This document shows, in pieces, positions 27,798-39,434 of a stretch of 64,000 nucleotides of DNA. The stretch covers positions 608,001 through 672,000 of the forward strand of contig CAVQSP010000014.1 of the NCBI GenBank assembly GCA_963715985.1. Direction: 5' to 3'. Origin of the DNA: an uncultured Thermoleophilia bacterium (GTDB taxonomy: Bacteria > Actinomycetota > Thermoleophilia > UBA2241). Position 1 is the stretch's first letter. Every line of letters begins with the position of its first letter. The notes beneath the pieces were generated by a model. That model saw only the letters and a list, made by a program, of their open reading frames with translations. It was not told the DNA's origin and searched no databases. The position numbers were made by a program, and so were the translations under genes.

Positions 27798-29124
27798 ATG
27801 GACGACACTGACCTCACATCATCGTCCGACCTCACCGGCGACCTCCTGGCCGCACGGCCCCTTCGCGAGCTCGCCGCGGGGGACGTGCGCTTTCGCGCGA
27901 TCGTCGGCGTGTCCTTCGACGCCTACTACGATTGGGACGTCGGCAGCGGCGACAACTACTTCTCGGAGCACCTCGACGACATGCTCGGTCAGCCCTCGGG
28001 GTCGGCGCGTCGCTGGTTCTATGCCTGGGTCGACCTCGTGCATCCGGACGACAGGGCCCGCGTCCTGCGCTCTCTCGCGGACGCGTTCCGGCACTCGCCG
28101 ACGTGGAAGGAGGACTACCGGCTGCGCCGCGCCGACGGCACCTACGTCCGCGTCCGGGATACCGGTGTCGTGGTACGTGACCGCGAGGGCCGTCCCGCAC
28201 GCATGCTGGGCACCATCCGCGACGTCACGGCCGAGTCCGCCGCCGCACAGGCGCTCGAGCAGGCGGCGGAGTTGCACCGCACCCTGTTCCGCGGCGCGGC
28301 CAATCCCGCGGTCCGCGTCGATCGCGAGGGCCGCTACCTTGACGCCAACGAGGCGGCCCTCGCCTTCTGGGAGCCGCAGCGCCGACGACATGCGGGCGCA
28401 CCTCTTCTGGAACGACTTCCCGCCCGAGCTCCAGGAGCTCGTCGCACGCGCCTTCTCGTCGGAGGCCCGCGTCGAAGCGGAGGTCGTGCTGGACGTGTAC
28501 GGCTCGCGGCGCACCCTGATCGTCACGGTGGTCCCCTGCCGCATCGGCGGGCAGGACTCCTTCTTCTGCCTGTGCACCGACATCACGTCCCACAAGCTCC
28601 TGGAAGATGAGCTGCACGACACGAACACGGCTCTTCGCGTCGTGCTGAGACAGGCCGGCGAGGACACGCTCGAGCTCGAACGCCGCGTCGTGGCGAATCT
28701 GGAGCTCCTCGTGCTGCCCACCCTGGACCGGCTGGAGCGGCAGCTGCGCGCCACGCCGGAGGCCGAGTTCGTGGACGTGCTTCGGCAGAACCTGGCGGAG
28801 ATCCTGCGCCCGTTCGCGACGCGCCTCGCAGCGCCGGAGGACGGCGCCTCGGCGCTCACCCGCCGTGAGCTCGAGGTGGCCGGCTACGTGCGCACCGGCA
28901 AGACCACCGACCAGATCGCCGCGATCATGCGCCTCTCACGCTCGGCCGTGGAGTTCCACCGCGGCAACATCCGCCGCAAGCTGGGGCTCAAGCGCGGCGA
29001 TCCGCACCTCGGCGCCGCGCTCTCCACGCTGCTCACGGGTGACGGGACGACCGTGTCGCAGCCACCCCGGACCCGATCGGACGAAGGCGAGAAGAGCTCG
29101 ACGATCGGCTCGCGCCCCTCCTGA
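27798..29124 (+). CDS. PAS-PAS-LuxR family transcriptional regulator; +1 frameshift at about 28374
   Basis: PAS domain (VHPDDR...YRLRRADG), second PAS (DREGRYLDANEAA), LuxR HTH (LTRRELEVAGYVRTGKTTDQIA...VEFHRGNIRRKLG). Confidence 0.85.
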
Positions 29125-29141
29125 GAGGGGCACACTGCTCC

Positions 29142-29171
29142 TTGCCCGCGCAGGGCGCCGCCTGCTACCAT
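29142..29171 (+). promoter_or_regulatory. Putative pyr operon promoter
   Basis: TTGCCC-18-TACCAT with an extended -10 TG, directly before the PyrR RNA element. Confidence 0.55.
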
Positions 29172-29177
29172 GAGTCG

Positions 29178-29254
29178 GTCCTTTAACCACGTCCTGAGAG
29201 ACGGAAAGGGGGTGCAGCGCTGCCGTACACCAACAGGGCCGGTGGCGCCTTTTT
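29178..29254 (+). promoter_or_regulatory. PyrR-binding RNA element and attenuator
   Basis: CCTTTAA...CGTCCTGAGAGACG...AAAGG matches the PyrR binding loop (UUUAA plus GUCCNGNGAGRC). A GC-rich hairpin followed by TTTTT lies at 29235-29254. Confidence 0.85.
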
Positions 29255-29255
29255 C

Positions 29256-29840
29256 ATGCCTGAACCCAGACCATCCACCGAGGTCGTCGTCCTGACGGCC
29301 GAGCAGATGTCGCGCACCATCACGCGCATCGCTCACGAGATCTTCGAGAAGAACCCCGGGGAGGGCAACCTCGCCGTCGTGGGCATCCACACACGCGGTG
29401 CCTTTCTCGGCGCCCGTATCCACAGGCTCCTCTGCGAGGTGGGCGGCAAGCCGTACGCCGCCGGCAATCTCGACATCTCCTTCTACCGCGACGACGTGGC
29501 CGCGCGCGGCGCCGTGGGGGTCGTGCCCTCCACGCCGCAGCCGGTGGTCAAGGACACGGACCTGCCGTTCGCCATCGACGGGGCGCGCATCGTGCTCGTG
29601 GACGACGTCCTCTATACGGGCCGCACCATCCGTGCCGCCATCGACGCGCTGTTCGACTACGGGCGCCCTTCGTCGGTGCAGCTCGCCGTCCTCGTGGACC
29701 GCGGCCACCGCGAGCTGCCGATCCGGCCTGACTACGTCGGCAAGAACCTGCCCACGGCGCCGCGCGAGCGCATCAGCGTGCGTGTGGCCGAGTGCGACGG
29801 CGTCGACGAGGTCGTGCTCGTCCGCGCCAAGGAGGCGTGA
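29256..29840 (+). CDS. pyrR: Pyrimidine operon regulator/uracil phosphoribosyltransferase
   Basis: RIAHEI, LDISFYRDD, LVDDVLYTGRT, DRGHRELPIRPDYVGKN. Confidence 0.96.
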   Translation: MPEPRPSTEVVVLTAEQMSRTITRIAHEIFEKNPGEGNLAVVGIHTRGAFLGARIHRLLCEVGGKPYAAGNLDISFYRDDVAARGAVGVVPSTPQPVVKDTDLPFAIDGARIVLVDDVLYTGRTIRAAIDALFDYGRPSSVQLAVLVDRGHRELPIRPDYVGKNLPTAPRERISVRVAECDGVDEVVLVRAKEA

Positions 29841-29842
29841 CC

Positions 29843-30784
29843 ATGCCCAAGCGGGACCTCATCAGCATCGAGGATCTCACGCGCGCCGACGTCGAACTGC
29901 TGCTCGACACGGCCGAGAGCTTCCTGCCGGTGCTGGAGCGGGACATCAAGAAGGTACCGACCCTGCGCGGGCGCACCATCATCAATCTCTTCTGGGAGGC
30001 CTCGACGCGCACCTCGTCGAGCTTCGACCTGGCGGCCAAGCGTCTGTCCGCCGACACCCTGGCTCTCAAGGCCAGCGGCTCGGCCGTGGAGAAGGGCGAG
30101 ACGCTCAAGGACACGGCGATCACGCTGAGCGCCTACTCGCCCGACATCATCGTCATGCGGCACCCCTCGGCCGGCGCCTGCCAGACGCTCTCGGCCAACA
30201 CCGAGGCCAGCGTCATCAACGCCGGCGACGGCAAGCACCAGCACCCTACGCAGTGCCTGCTGGACCTGTTCAGCATGCGCCAGAACCTCGGCCGCGACCT
30301 CGAGGGCCTCAAGGTCTTCATCATCGGCGACATCCTGCACAGCCGCGTGGCCCGCAGCGACATCATGGGCTTCCAGATGCTGGGGATGGACGTGACCCTG
30401 GTGGCGCCGCCCACGCTCATGCCGCGGGGCATCGAGGAGATGGGCGTCACCGTGGAGTACGACCTGGCCAACCTCAAGGACGCGGACGTCATCTACCTGC
30501 TGCGCATCCAGCGCGAGCGCATCAAGGCGGGCGCCAACTACCTGCCCTCGCTGCGCGAGTACAGCCGCCTGTGGGGCATCTCGCAGGCGCGCCTGCGGCC
30601 GGGGCAGAGGGTCATGCACCCCGGCCCCATCAACCGCGGCGTGGAGATCGCCAGCGACATCGCCGACGACGACGAGAACCTCATCGCCCATCAGGTGTTC
30701 AGCGGCCTCGCCGTGCGCATGGCCATCCTCTACCGCACCATCGTCGGCTACAGCGACGGGGCGGCGAGCGGGGAGGTGCTCTGA
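29843..30784 (+). CDS. pyrB: Aspartate carbamoyltransferase catalytic subunit
   Basis: EASTRT, NAGDG-HPTQ, HSRVARS, MHPGP. Confidence 0.97.
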   Translation: MPKRDLISIEDLTRADVELLLDTAESFLPVLERDIKKVPTLRGRTIINLFWEASTRTSSSFDLAAKRLSADTLALKASGSAVEKGETLKDTAITLSAYSPDIIVMRHPSAGACQTLSANTEASVINAGDGKHQHPTQCLLDLFSMRQNLGRDLEGLKVFIIGDILHSRVARSDIMGFQMLGMDVTLVAPPTLMPRGIEEMGVTVEYDLANLKDADVIYLLRIQRERIKAGANYLPSLREYSRLWGISQARLRPGQRVMHPGPINRGVEIASDIADDDENLIAHQVFSGLAVRMAILYRTIVGYSDGAASGEVL

Positions 30785-32100
30785 TGGAGCGCACCTGGTG
30801 TAAGCCGCTGCCCGCGGCGGAGCTGCTCATCAAGGGCGGCCGCGTCGTGGACCCCGCGTCCGCAGTGGACGGGGTCCAGGACGTCCTCGTCGCCAAGGGC
30901 AAGGTGACCGGCGTCGGCAAAGGCCTCGAGCCGGGCAAGAACACGCGGGTCGTGGACGCCGCCGGCATGCTGGTGCTGCCCGGCTTCGTGGATCTGCACA
31001 CGCACTTCCGCACGCCGGGGCGCGAGGACGAAGAAGACCTGGCAACCGGGTCGGCCGCCGCGGCCGCCGGCGGCTACGTGGCCGCCTTCGGCATGGCCAA
31101 CACGGACCCGGTGACCGATTCGGCGCCGCTGCTGCGCGGCCTCGCCGAGCGGGCCCGCGCCGACGCAGTCGTCCCGCTCGGCTTCTTCGCCGCCGTCACT
31201 CGTGAGCTCGCCGGCGAACAGCTCACCGAGATGGGCGAGCTGGGCGCGACCGGAGCCGTCGGCTTCAGCGACGACGGGCGCCCGCTGGGCACGGCGGCAC
31301 TCACGCGCCGCGCCCTGCAGTACGTCAAGGTCAGCGGCCGCTTCGTGGCCATCCACGCCCAGGACGACTCGCTCTTCAAGGGCGGGCAGATGCACGAGGG
31401 TCCGGCCTCAGCCCGCCTCGGCCTCACCGGCATCCCGTCCCTCTGCGAGAGCCTCGACGTGTCGCGCTCGCTCGACATCGCAGCCTACGAGGATGCGCGC
31501 CTGCACGTGTGTCACGTGAGCACTGCCGCCTCGCTGGAGGCGCTGGCACGCGCCAAGGAGGCCGGGGTGCAGGTCACGGCCGAGGTCACCCCACACCACC
31601 TCGCTCTCACGGACGAGGCCGTGGCCGCGCTCGACCCCAACCTCAAGATGAACCCCCCGCTGCGTGCCGAGAGCGACCGACAGGCGCTCGTCGAGGCGCT
31701 CAGGAGCGGCCTCGTCGACTGCGTGGCCACCGACCACGCGCCGCACGCGTCCGAAGAGAAGGACGTGCCGTTCGAGGAGGCGCCCTTCGGGTGCATCGGC
31801 CTGGAGACGGCCTTCAGCGTGCTCTACGCGCAACTGGTGGAGGCCGGGGAGCTGGATCTGGCCACGCTGGTGACGCGCATGAGCACGGCGCCCGCGGTCA
31901 TCGCCGGGCTGGCGCCGCCCGCCATCGCGGCCGGTGCGGTGGCGGACCTCTGCGTCATCGACCCCGCGGCCGTGTGGACGGTCACGGCAGAGGCGCTGCA
32001 GTCACGCTCGTTCAACTCACCTTGGCTGGGCCGCGAACTCACGGCCAAGGTCAGGCTCACCGTCGCAGCCGGGCGCGTCGCCTGGGACGACCTTGCCTAG
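30784..32100 (+). CDS. pyrC: Dihydroorotase
   Basis: DLHTHFRTPG, EVTPHHL, KMNPPLR, ATDHAPH. Confidence 0.96.
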   Translation: MERTWCKPLPAAELLIKGGRVVDPASAVDGVQDVLVAKGKVTGVGKGLEPGKNTRVVDAAGMLVLPGFVDLHTHFRTPGREDEEDLATGSAAAAAGGYVAAFGMANTDPVTDSAPLLRGLAERARADAVVPLGFFAAVTRELAGEQLTEMGELGATGAVGFSDDGRPLGTAALTRRALQYVKVSGRFVAIHAQDDSLFKGGQMHEGPASARLGLTGIPSLCESLDVSRSLDIAAYEDARLHVCHVSTAASLEALARAKEAGVQVTAEVTPHHLALTDEAVAALDPNLKMNPPLRAESDRQALVEALRSGLVDCVATDHAPHASEEKDVPFEEAPFGCIGLETAFSVLYAQLVEAGELDLATLVTRMSTAPAVIAGLAPPAIAAGAVADLCVIDPAAVWTVTAEALQSRSFNSPWLGRELTAKVRLTVAAGRVAWDDLA

Positions 32101-33198
32101 CCCGGCCGTCATCGTGCTCGAGGACGGCGCCGTGTTCCACGGCGAGGCCCTCGCCGGCCACGGCGCGGTCGGCGGCGAGATCGTCTTCAACACGAGCATG
32201 GCGGGGTACCAGGAGATCGCCACCGACCCGTCCTACTGCGGCCAGCTCGTCACCTACACGTTCCCGATGAACGGCAACTACGGCGCCGACCCGGACCGCG
32301 ACGAGTCCGGCAAGGCGCACGCGCGCGTCATCATCACGCGGGAGCTCACCAACTACGGTTTCAACCGCGCCTCGCGGACCACGTGGCTGGACTGGCTCGC
32401 CGAGCACGGCGTGCTCGCCGTGACAGGCGTGGACACGCGCGCCCTCACGCGGCACATCCGTGAGGCGGGCGCCCTGCGCGCCGTGGTCAGCACGGAGACG
32501 GAAGACGTCAAGCACCTGCGCAAGGCCGCGCAGGGGCTGCCGCAGATGAGCGGCCTCGACCTCGTCAAGGTCGTCAGCTGCAAGGAGGCGTACGAGGCGC
32601 CGGCGCCCGAAGGGGCTCCGGCGCCGGACCTGCACGTGGTGGCCTGCGACTACGGCATCAAGCGCTCGATGCTCGGGTATCTGGGCGCACGCGGGTTCCG
32701 CGTGACGGTGGTGCCCGCCTCCACGAGCGCCAAGGAGATCCTCAAGTACGAGCCCGACGGGGTCTTTCTCAGCAACGGTCCCGGCGACCCCGCCGCCGTG
32801 GGGTACGCGGTGAAGGCCGTGGAACGGCTGCTGGGCAAGGTGCCCATCTTCGGCATCTGCCTCGGGCACCAGCTGCTGGCACAGGCCCTGGGCCTCTCCA
32901 CCTACAAGCTCAAGTTCGGGCACCGCGGCGCCAACCACCCGGTCAAGGACCTGCGCACCGGCGTCATCGAGATCACCACGCAGAACCACGGCTTCGCCGT
33001 GAGGAACGACGCCGCGGACGGCGCCGAGATCACGCACCTCAACCTCAACGACGGCACGGTGGAAGGGGTGGCGGCGCCCGGCAGGTACGCGTTCTCGGTG
33101 CAGTACCACCCGGAGTCCACACCCGGGCCGCACGACTCCCTCTACCTGTTCGACCGCTTCCGCGAGGAGATCGCGCGCTTCAAGAAGGACGGTGCCTG

Positions 33199-33199
<1 letters not shown>
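32093..33199 (+). CDS. carA: Carbamoyl-phosphate synthase small subunit
   Basis: [34 protein letters not shown] start inferred. Confidence 0.96.
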
Positions 33200-36393
<3,194 letters not shown>

Positions 36394-36397
<4 letters not shown>

Positions 36398-37185
36398 CCG
36401 AGACGGCGCCGGCGCCGCACGAGCACCCCACGCAGTGGGCGGAGACGTCCCACTGCCGCGTGGCCGGCGTGCGGCACTTCGGCGCCTTCGCGGCCCTCGA
36501 GGTGGTCGCGCCGCGGGTGACCGCCAAGGCCTCCCCGGGCCAGTTCGTCATGGTCACGGTGCCGGGCGGCGGCTTTCTGCTGCGGCGCCCGCTCTCGCTG
36601 TTCACGGTGCACCAGGACCGCGTGGGCCTGCTCGTCGAGGCGCGCGGCGCCGGCAGCGAGCGGCTCACCGAGCTCGAGGTGGGGCAGACCGTCGACCTCG
36701 CGGGGCCGCTGGGCAGCGCGTTTCCGACTGAGGGCGTCACCAGCGCGCTGCTCGTGGGCGGCGGCATCGGCTGCGCGCCGCTGCAGTATCTGGGCGACGA
36801 GCTGGCGGCGGCGGGCGCCCACGTCACCGCCGCCTTCGGCTTTCGCGACTTCCGCGCCGCCCGCGCGGCGGGGGCCTTCACCATCGAGCACCTCTGGGTG
36901 GCCACCGAAGACGGCAGCCTGGGGCGGCGCGGCATGGTCGTGGACGTCCTCGCCGAACTGGACGTGCCCCCTCACACCGTGGTCTACGCCTGTGGTCCGG
37001 CGCCGATGATAGGCGCGGTGCAGCGGTGGACGCTCGCCGAGGGCCTGCGCGGCTTCGCGTCCCTCGAGGCGCACATGGCGTGTGGCACCGGCTCCTGCCA
37101 CGGCTGCGTGGTGGAGACCACCCGGGGCGCCCTGCGCGTCTGCAGCGAAGGTCCTGTGTTCGCTCTCGACGAGGTGCTGGCGTGA
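36394..37185 (+). CDS. pyrK: Dihydroorotate dehydrogenase electron-transfer subunit
   Basis: PGQFVM, LRRPLS, GGGIG, CGP, MACGTGSCHGC...VC-EGPVF. Confidence 0.93.
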
Positions 37186-38155
37186 GCCCCGCGATCCCTC
37201 CCGAGAGCGTCCGCCTCACCGTCGACCTCGGGCCACTGCACCTCCAGCACCCGCTGGTGGACGCGTCGGGCACCTTCGACCTGCTCGAGTACGCGCGTCG
37301 CTTCGAGGGCGACTACTTCCGCTGCTTCCCGTATGCGGCCTACGTGCCCAAGACGGTGACGGCAGACGCGCGGCGGGGCAATCCGGCGCCGCGCGTCGCC
37401 GAGACGCCGTCCGGGATGATCAACGCCATCGGTCTCGAGAACCCCGGTATCGACGCCTGGATCGGGGGGCTGCCGGACTGGGCGCGGCTGGCGCAGCCGG
37501 TCATCGTCAGCGTGGGCGGCAACACGCCTGAGCAGTACGCCGCCGTGATCGCGCGGCTGGAGGAGCACCTCGCCACGGCGGCGCCCGACGCCGTGCCGCG
37601 CATCGAGGGCTACGAGCTCAACGTCTCGTGCCCCAATGTTTCCAGCGGTCTGCAGATCGGCGCCGACCCGGCCGCTACCGCGGCGGTCGTCGGCGCCGCC
37701 CGTGTCCGCACCGGCCGCCTTCTCCTGGCCAAGCTCACGCCCAACGTGGCCGACGTGGTCGTCATCGCCAGAGCGGCCGTGGAGGCGGGCGCCGACGGCC
37801 TCTCCCTGATCAACACGGTCAAGGCCATGGTGCTGGACCGTGAGACGCTGCGCCCGTTCCTCGGCAACCGCACCGGCGGGCTCTGCGGGCCGGCGATCAA
37901 GCCCGTCGCCCTGCGCATGGTCGCCGAGGTCGCCGCCGCCCTGCCCGACGTACCGATCGTCGGCATGGGCGGGGTCATGTCGGGGCTCGACGCCCTCGAG
38001 TTCATCGCGTGCGGCGCCAGCGCCGTCGCCGTCGGCGCCGCCAACTTCACCGGCATGGAGGCGCCGTCGCGCATCCTCACGGAGCTCCGCCTGGAGCTCG
38101 CGAAGCGCGGCTTGGCCTCCCCGCGGAGGCACGCGGCCTGGCGTTGCAGCCCTGA
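37182..38155 (+). CDS. pyrD: Dihydroorotate dehydrogenase (class 1B catalytic subunit); probable 1-base loss in a C-run near 38120
   Basis: ASGTF, NAIGLENPG, NVSCPN, KLTPN, INT, GGLCGPAIKP, GMGG. Corrected end SPAEARGLALQP* at 38155; the uncorrected ORF runs to 38258. Confidence 0.93.
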
Positions 38156-38164
38156 GCCGGGCCT

Positions 38165-38195
38165 TCTCCGGACGGCGTCCCGACCCGTCCGGAGA
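38165..38195 (+). terminator. Strong hairpin after pyrD (probable terminator)
   Basis: Perfect 11-bp stem TCTCCGGACGG / CCGTCCGGAGA. No U-tract follows. Confidence 0.55.
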
Positions 38196-38254
38196 GGCTG
38201 CGGAGACCCGCCAGAAGTCCCCGCAAGAGGCCGCGTTTGCGCGCCTCGTGTGTG

Positions 38255-38284
38255 TTGAACTGCCGGAGAGGCATCACATATACT
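38255..38284 (+). promoter_or_regulatory. Promoter for mihF-gmk-rpoZ-coaBC
   Basis: TTGAAC-18-TATACT, ending 8 nt before the mihF ATG. Confidence 0.65.
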
Positions 38285-38292
38285 CTCGCGCG

Positions 38293-38625
38293 ATGTCCTC
38301 CTCGTCCAGGCAATCGAACACGGCTCCCGAGCGCTCGCTCGGCCAGCGTATGGACGCGCTCGGCAAGGCCAACGACGTGCGCAGCAGGCGTGCGGCTCTC
38401 AAGGCCGACCTCAAGCGCGGCGCGGTCAGCATCCGCGACGTGCTCGCCGCGCCCCCGGAGTTCCTGCTCACCGCCAAAGTCGTGGACCTCCTCATGGCCG
38501 CGCCCAAGTGCGGCCGTGTGAAGTCCGCCAAGATCATGGAGCAGTGCCGCGTCAGCCCGAGCAAGACCATCGGCGGTCTCTCGGAGCGTCAGCGCACCGA
38601 GCTGCTCGCCTACTTCGGAGGCTGA
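38293..38625 (+). CDS. mihF: Actinobacterial integration host factor (mIHF/sIHF)
   Basis: QRMDALGKANDVRSRRAALKADLKRG...KVVDLL...GRVK...KTIGGLSERQR. Conserved position before gmk. Confidence 0.9.
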   Translation: MSSSSRQSNTAPERSLGQRMDALGKANDVRSRRAALKADLKRGAVSIRDVLAAPPEFLLTAKVVDLLMAAPKCGRVKSAKIMEQCRVSPSKTIGGLSERQRTELLAYFGG

Positions 38626-38626
38626 C

Positions 38627-39187
38627 ATCCCCGCGGTCTTCGTTATCTCGGGGCCTTCCGGCGCCGGGAAGGGGACCGTCATCGCCCTGGTCAGTCAGCA
38701 GCTCGACCACGTGGTGAGGTCGGTCTCGGCCACCACGAGGGCCGCGCGGCCGGGCGAAGTGCACGGCCGCGAGTACTTCTTCCTCGAGCGCGCGGCCTTC
38801 GAGCGCGGCGTGGCCGCAGGCGAGTTCCTCGAGTGGGTAGAATACAGTGGCAACCTGTACGGCACGCTGCGCGCCGACGTGGAGGCCAAGCTGGCCGCCG
38901 GAGACGACGTGATCCTGGAGATCGAGCTCATCGGGGCGCGCGCCGTGCGCACGAGCATGCCGGCCGTGGTGAGCGTGTTCATCGCCCCGCCGAGCATGGC
39001 CGAGCTCGGCGAGCGGTTACGCGGTCGCGGCACCGAGCCGGACGAGGTCATCGCCCGCCGCCTCCACATCGCGGAGACGGAGGTCGCGGCGGCCGGGGAG
39101 TTCGACCACGTGGTCGTGAACGACGACGCAGAACGAGCGGCCGCCGAGGTGGCCGCGATCATCGCAGAACGACGAAAGGGAATCTAA
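38627..39187 (+). CDS. gmk: Guanylate kinase; no canonical start codon before the P-loop
   Basis: FVISGPSGAGKGT lies upstream of the called ORF. Also SVSATTR, GREYFF, FLEW, NLYGT. An in-frame ATC at 38627 follows GGAGG. Confidence 0.93.
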   Translation: MPAVFVISGPSGAGKGTVIALVSQQLDHVVRSVSATTRAARPGEVHGREYFFLERAAFERGVAAGEFLEWVEYSGNLYGTLRADVEAKLAAGDDVILEIELIGARAVRTSMPAVVSVFIAPPSMAELGERLRGRGTEPDEVIARRLHIAETEVAAAGEFDHVVVNDDAERAAAEVAAIIAERRKGI

Positions 39188-39427
39188 GTGGACAAGCCTC
39201 GCATCGACGAGCTTCTGCCGCACGCCGACGGGTCGCGGTACGAGCTGGTCATGATCGCCGCCAAGCGCGCGCGCCAGATCAACAGCTACTACCACAGCCT
39301 CGGCGAGAACACGATGGGCATCGAGGAGCTCACGCCGCCGCTCATCAACACGCGCAGCACCAACCTCCTCACTATCGCTTTCGAGGAGATCGTGGACAAC
39401 AAGATCGAGCATCAGTCTCCCGAGTGA
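39188..39427 (+). CDS. rpoZ: RNA polymerase omega subunit
   Basis: SRYELVMIAAKRARQIN, IAFEEI. Confidence 0.95.
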   Translation: MDKPRIDELLPHADGSRYELVMIAAKRARQINSYYHSLGENTMGIEELTPPLINTRSTNLLTIAFEEIVDNKIEHQSPE

Positions 39428-39434
39428 TCCCGTC

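Noticed and set aside
29398-30783. Long N-terminal extensions on pyrC, pnp, rpsO, mihF and rnj in the ORF track
   Set aside because: They are out-of-frame overlaps with upstream genes. Downstream starts give normal protein lengths.
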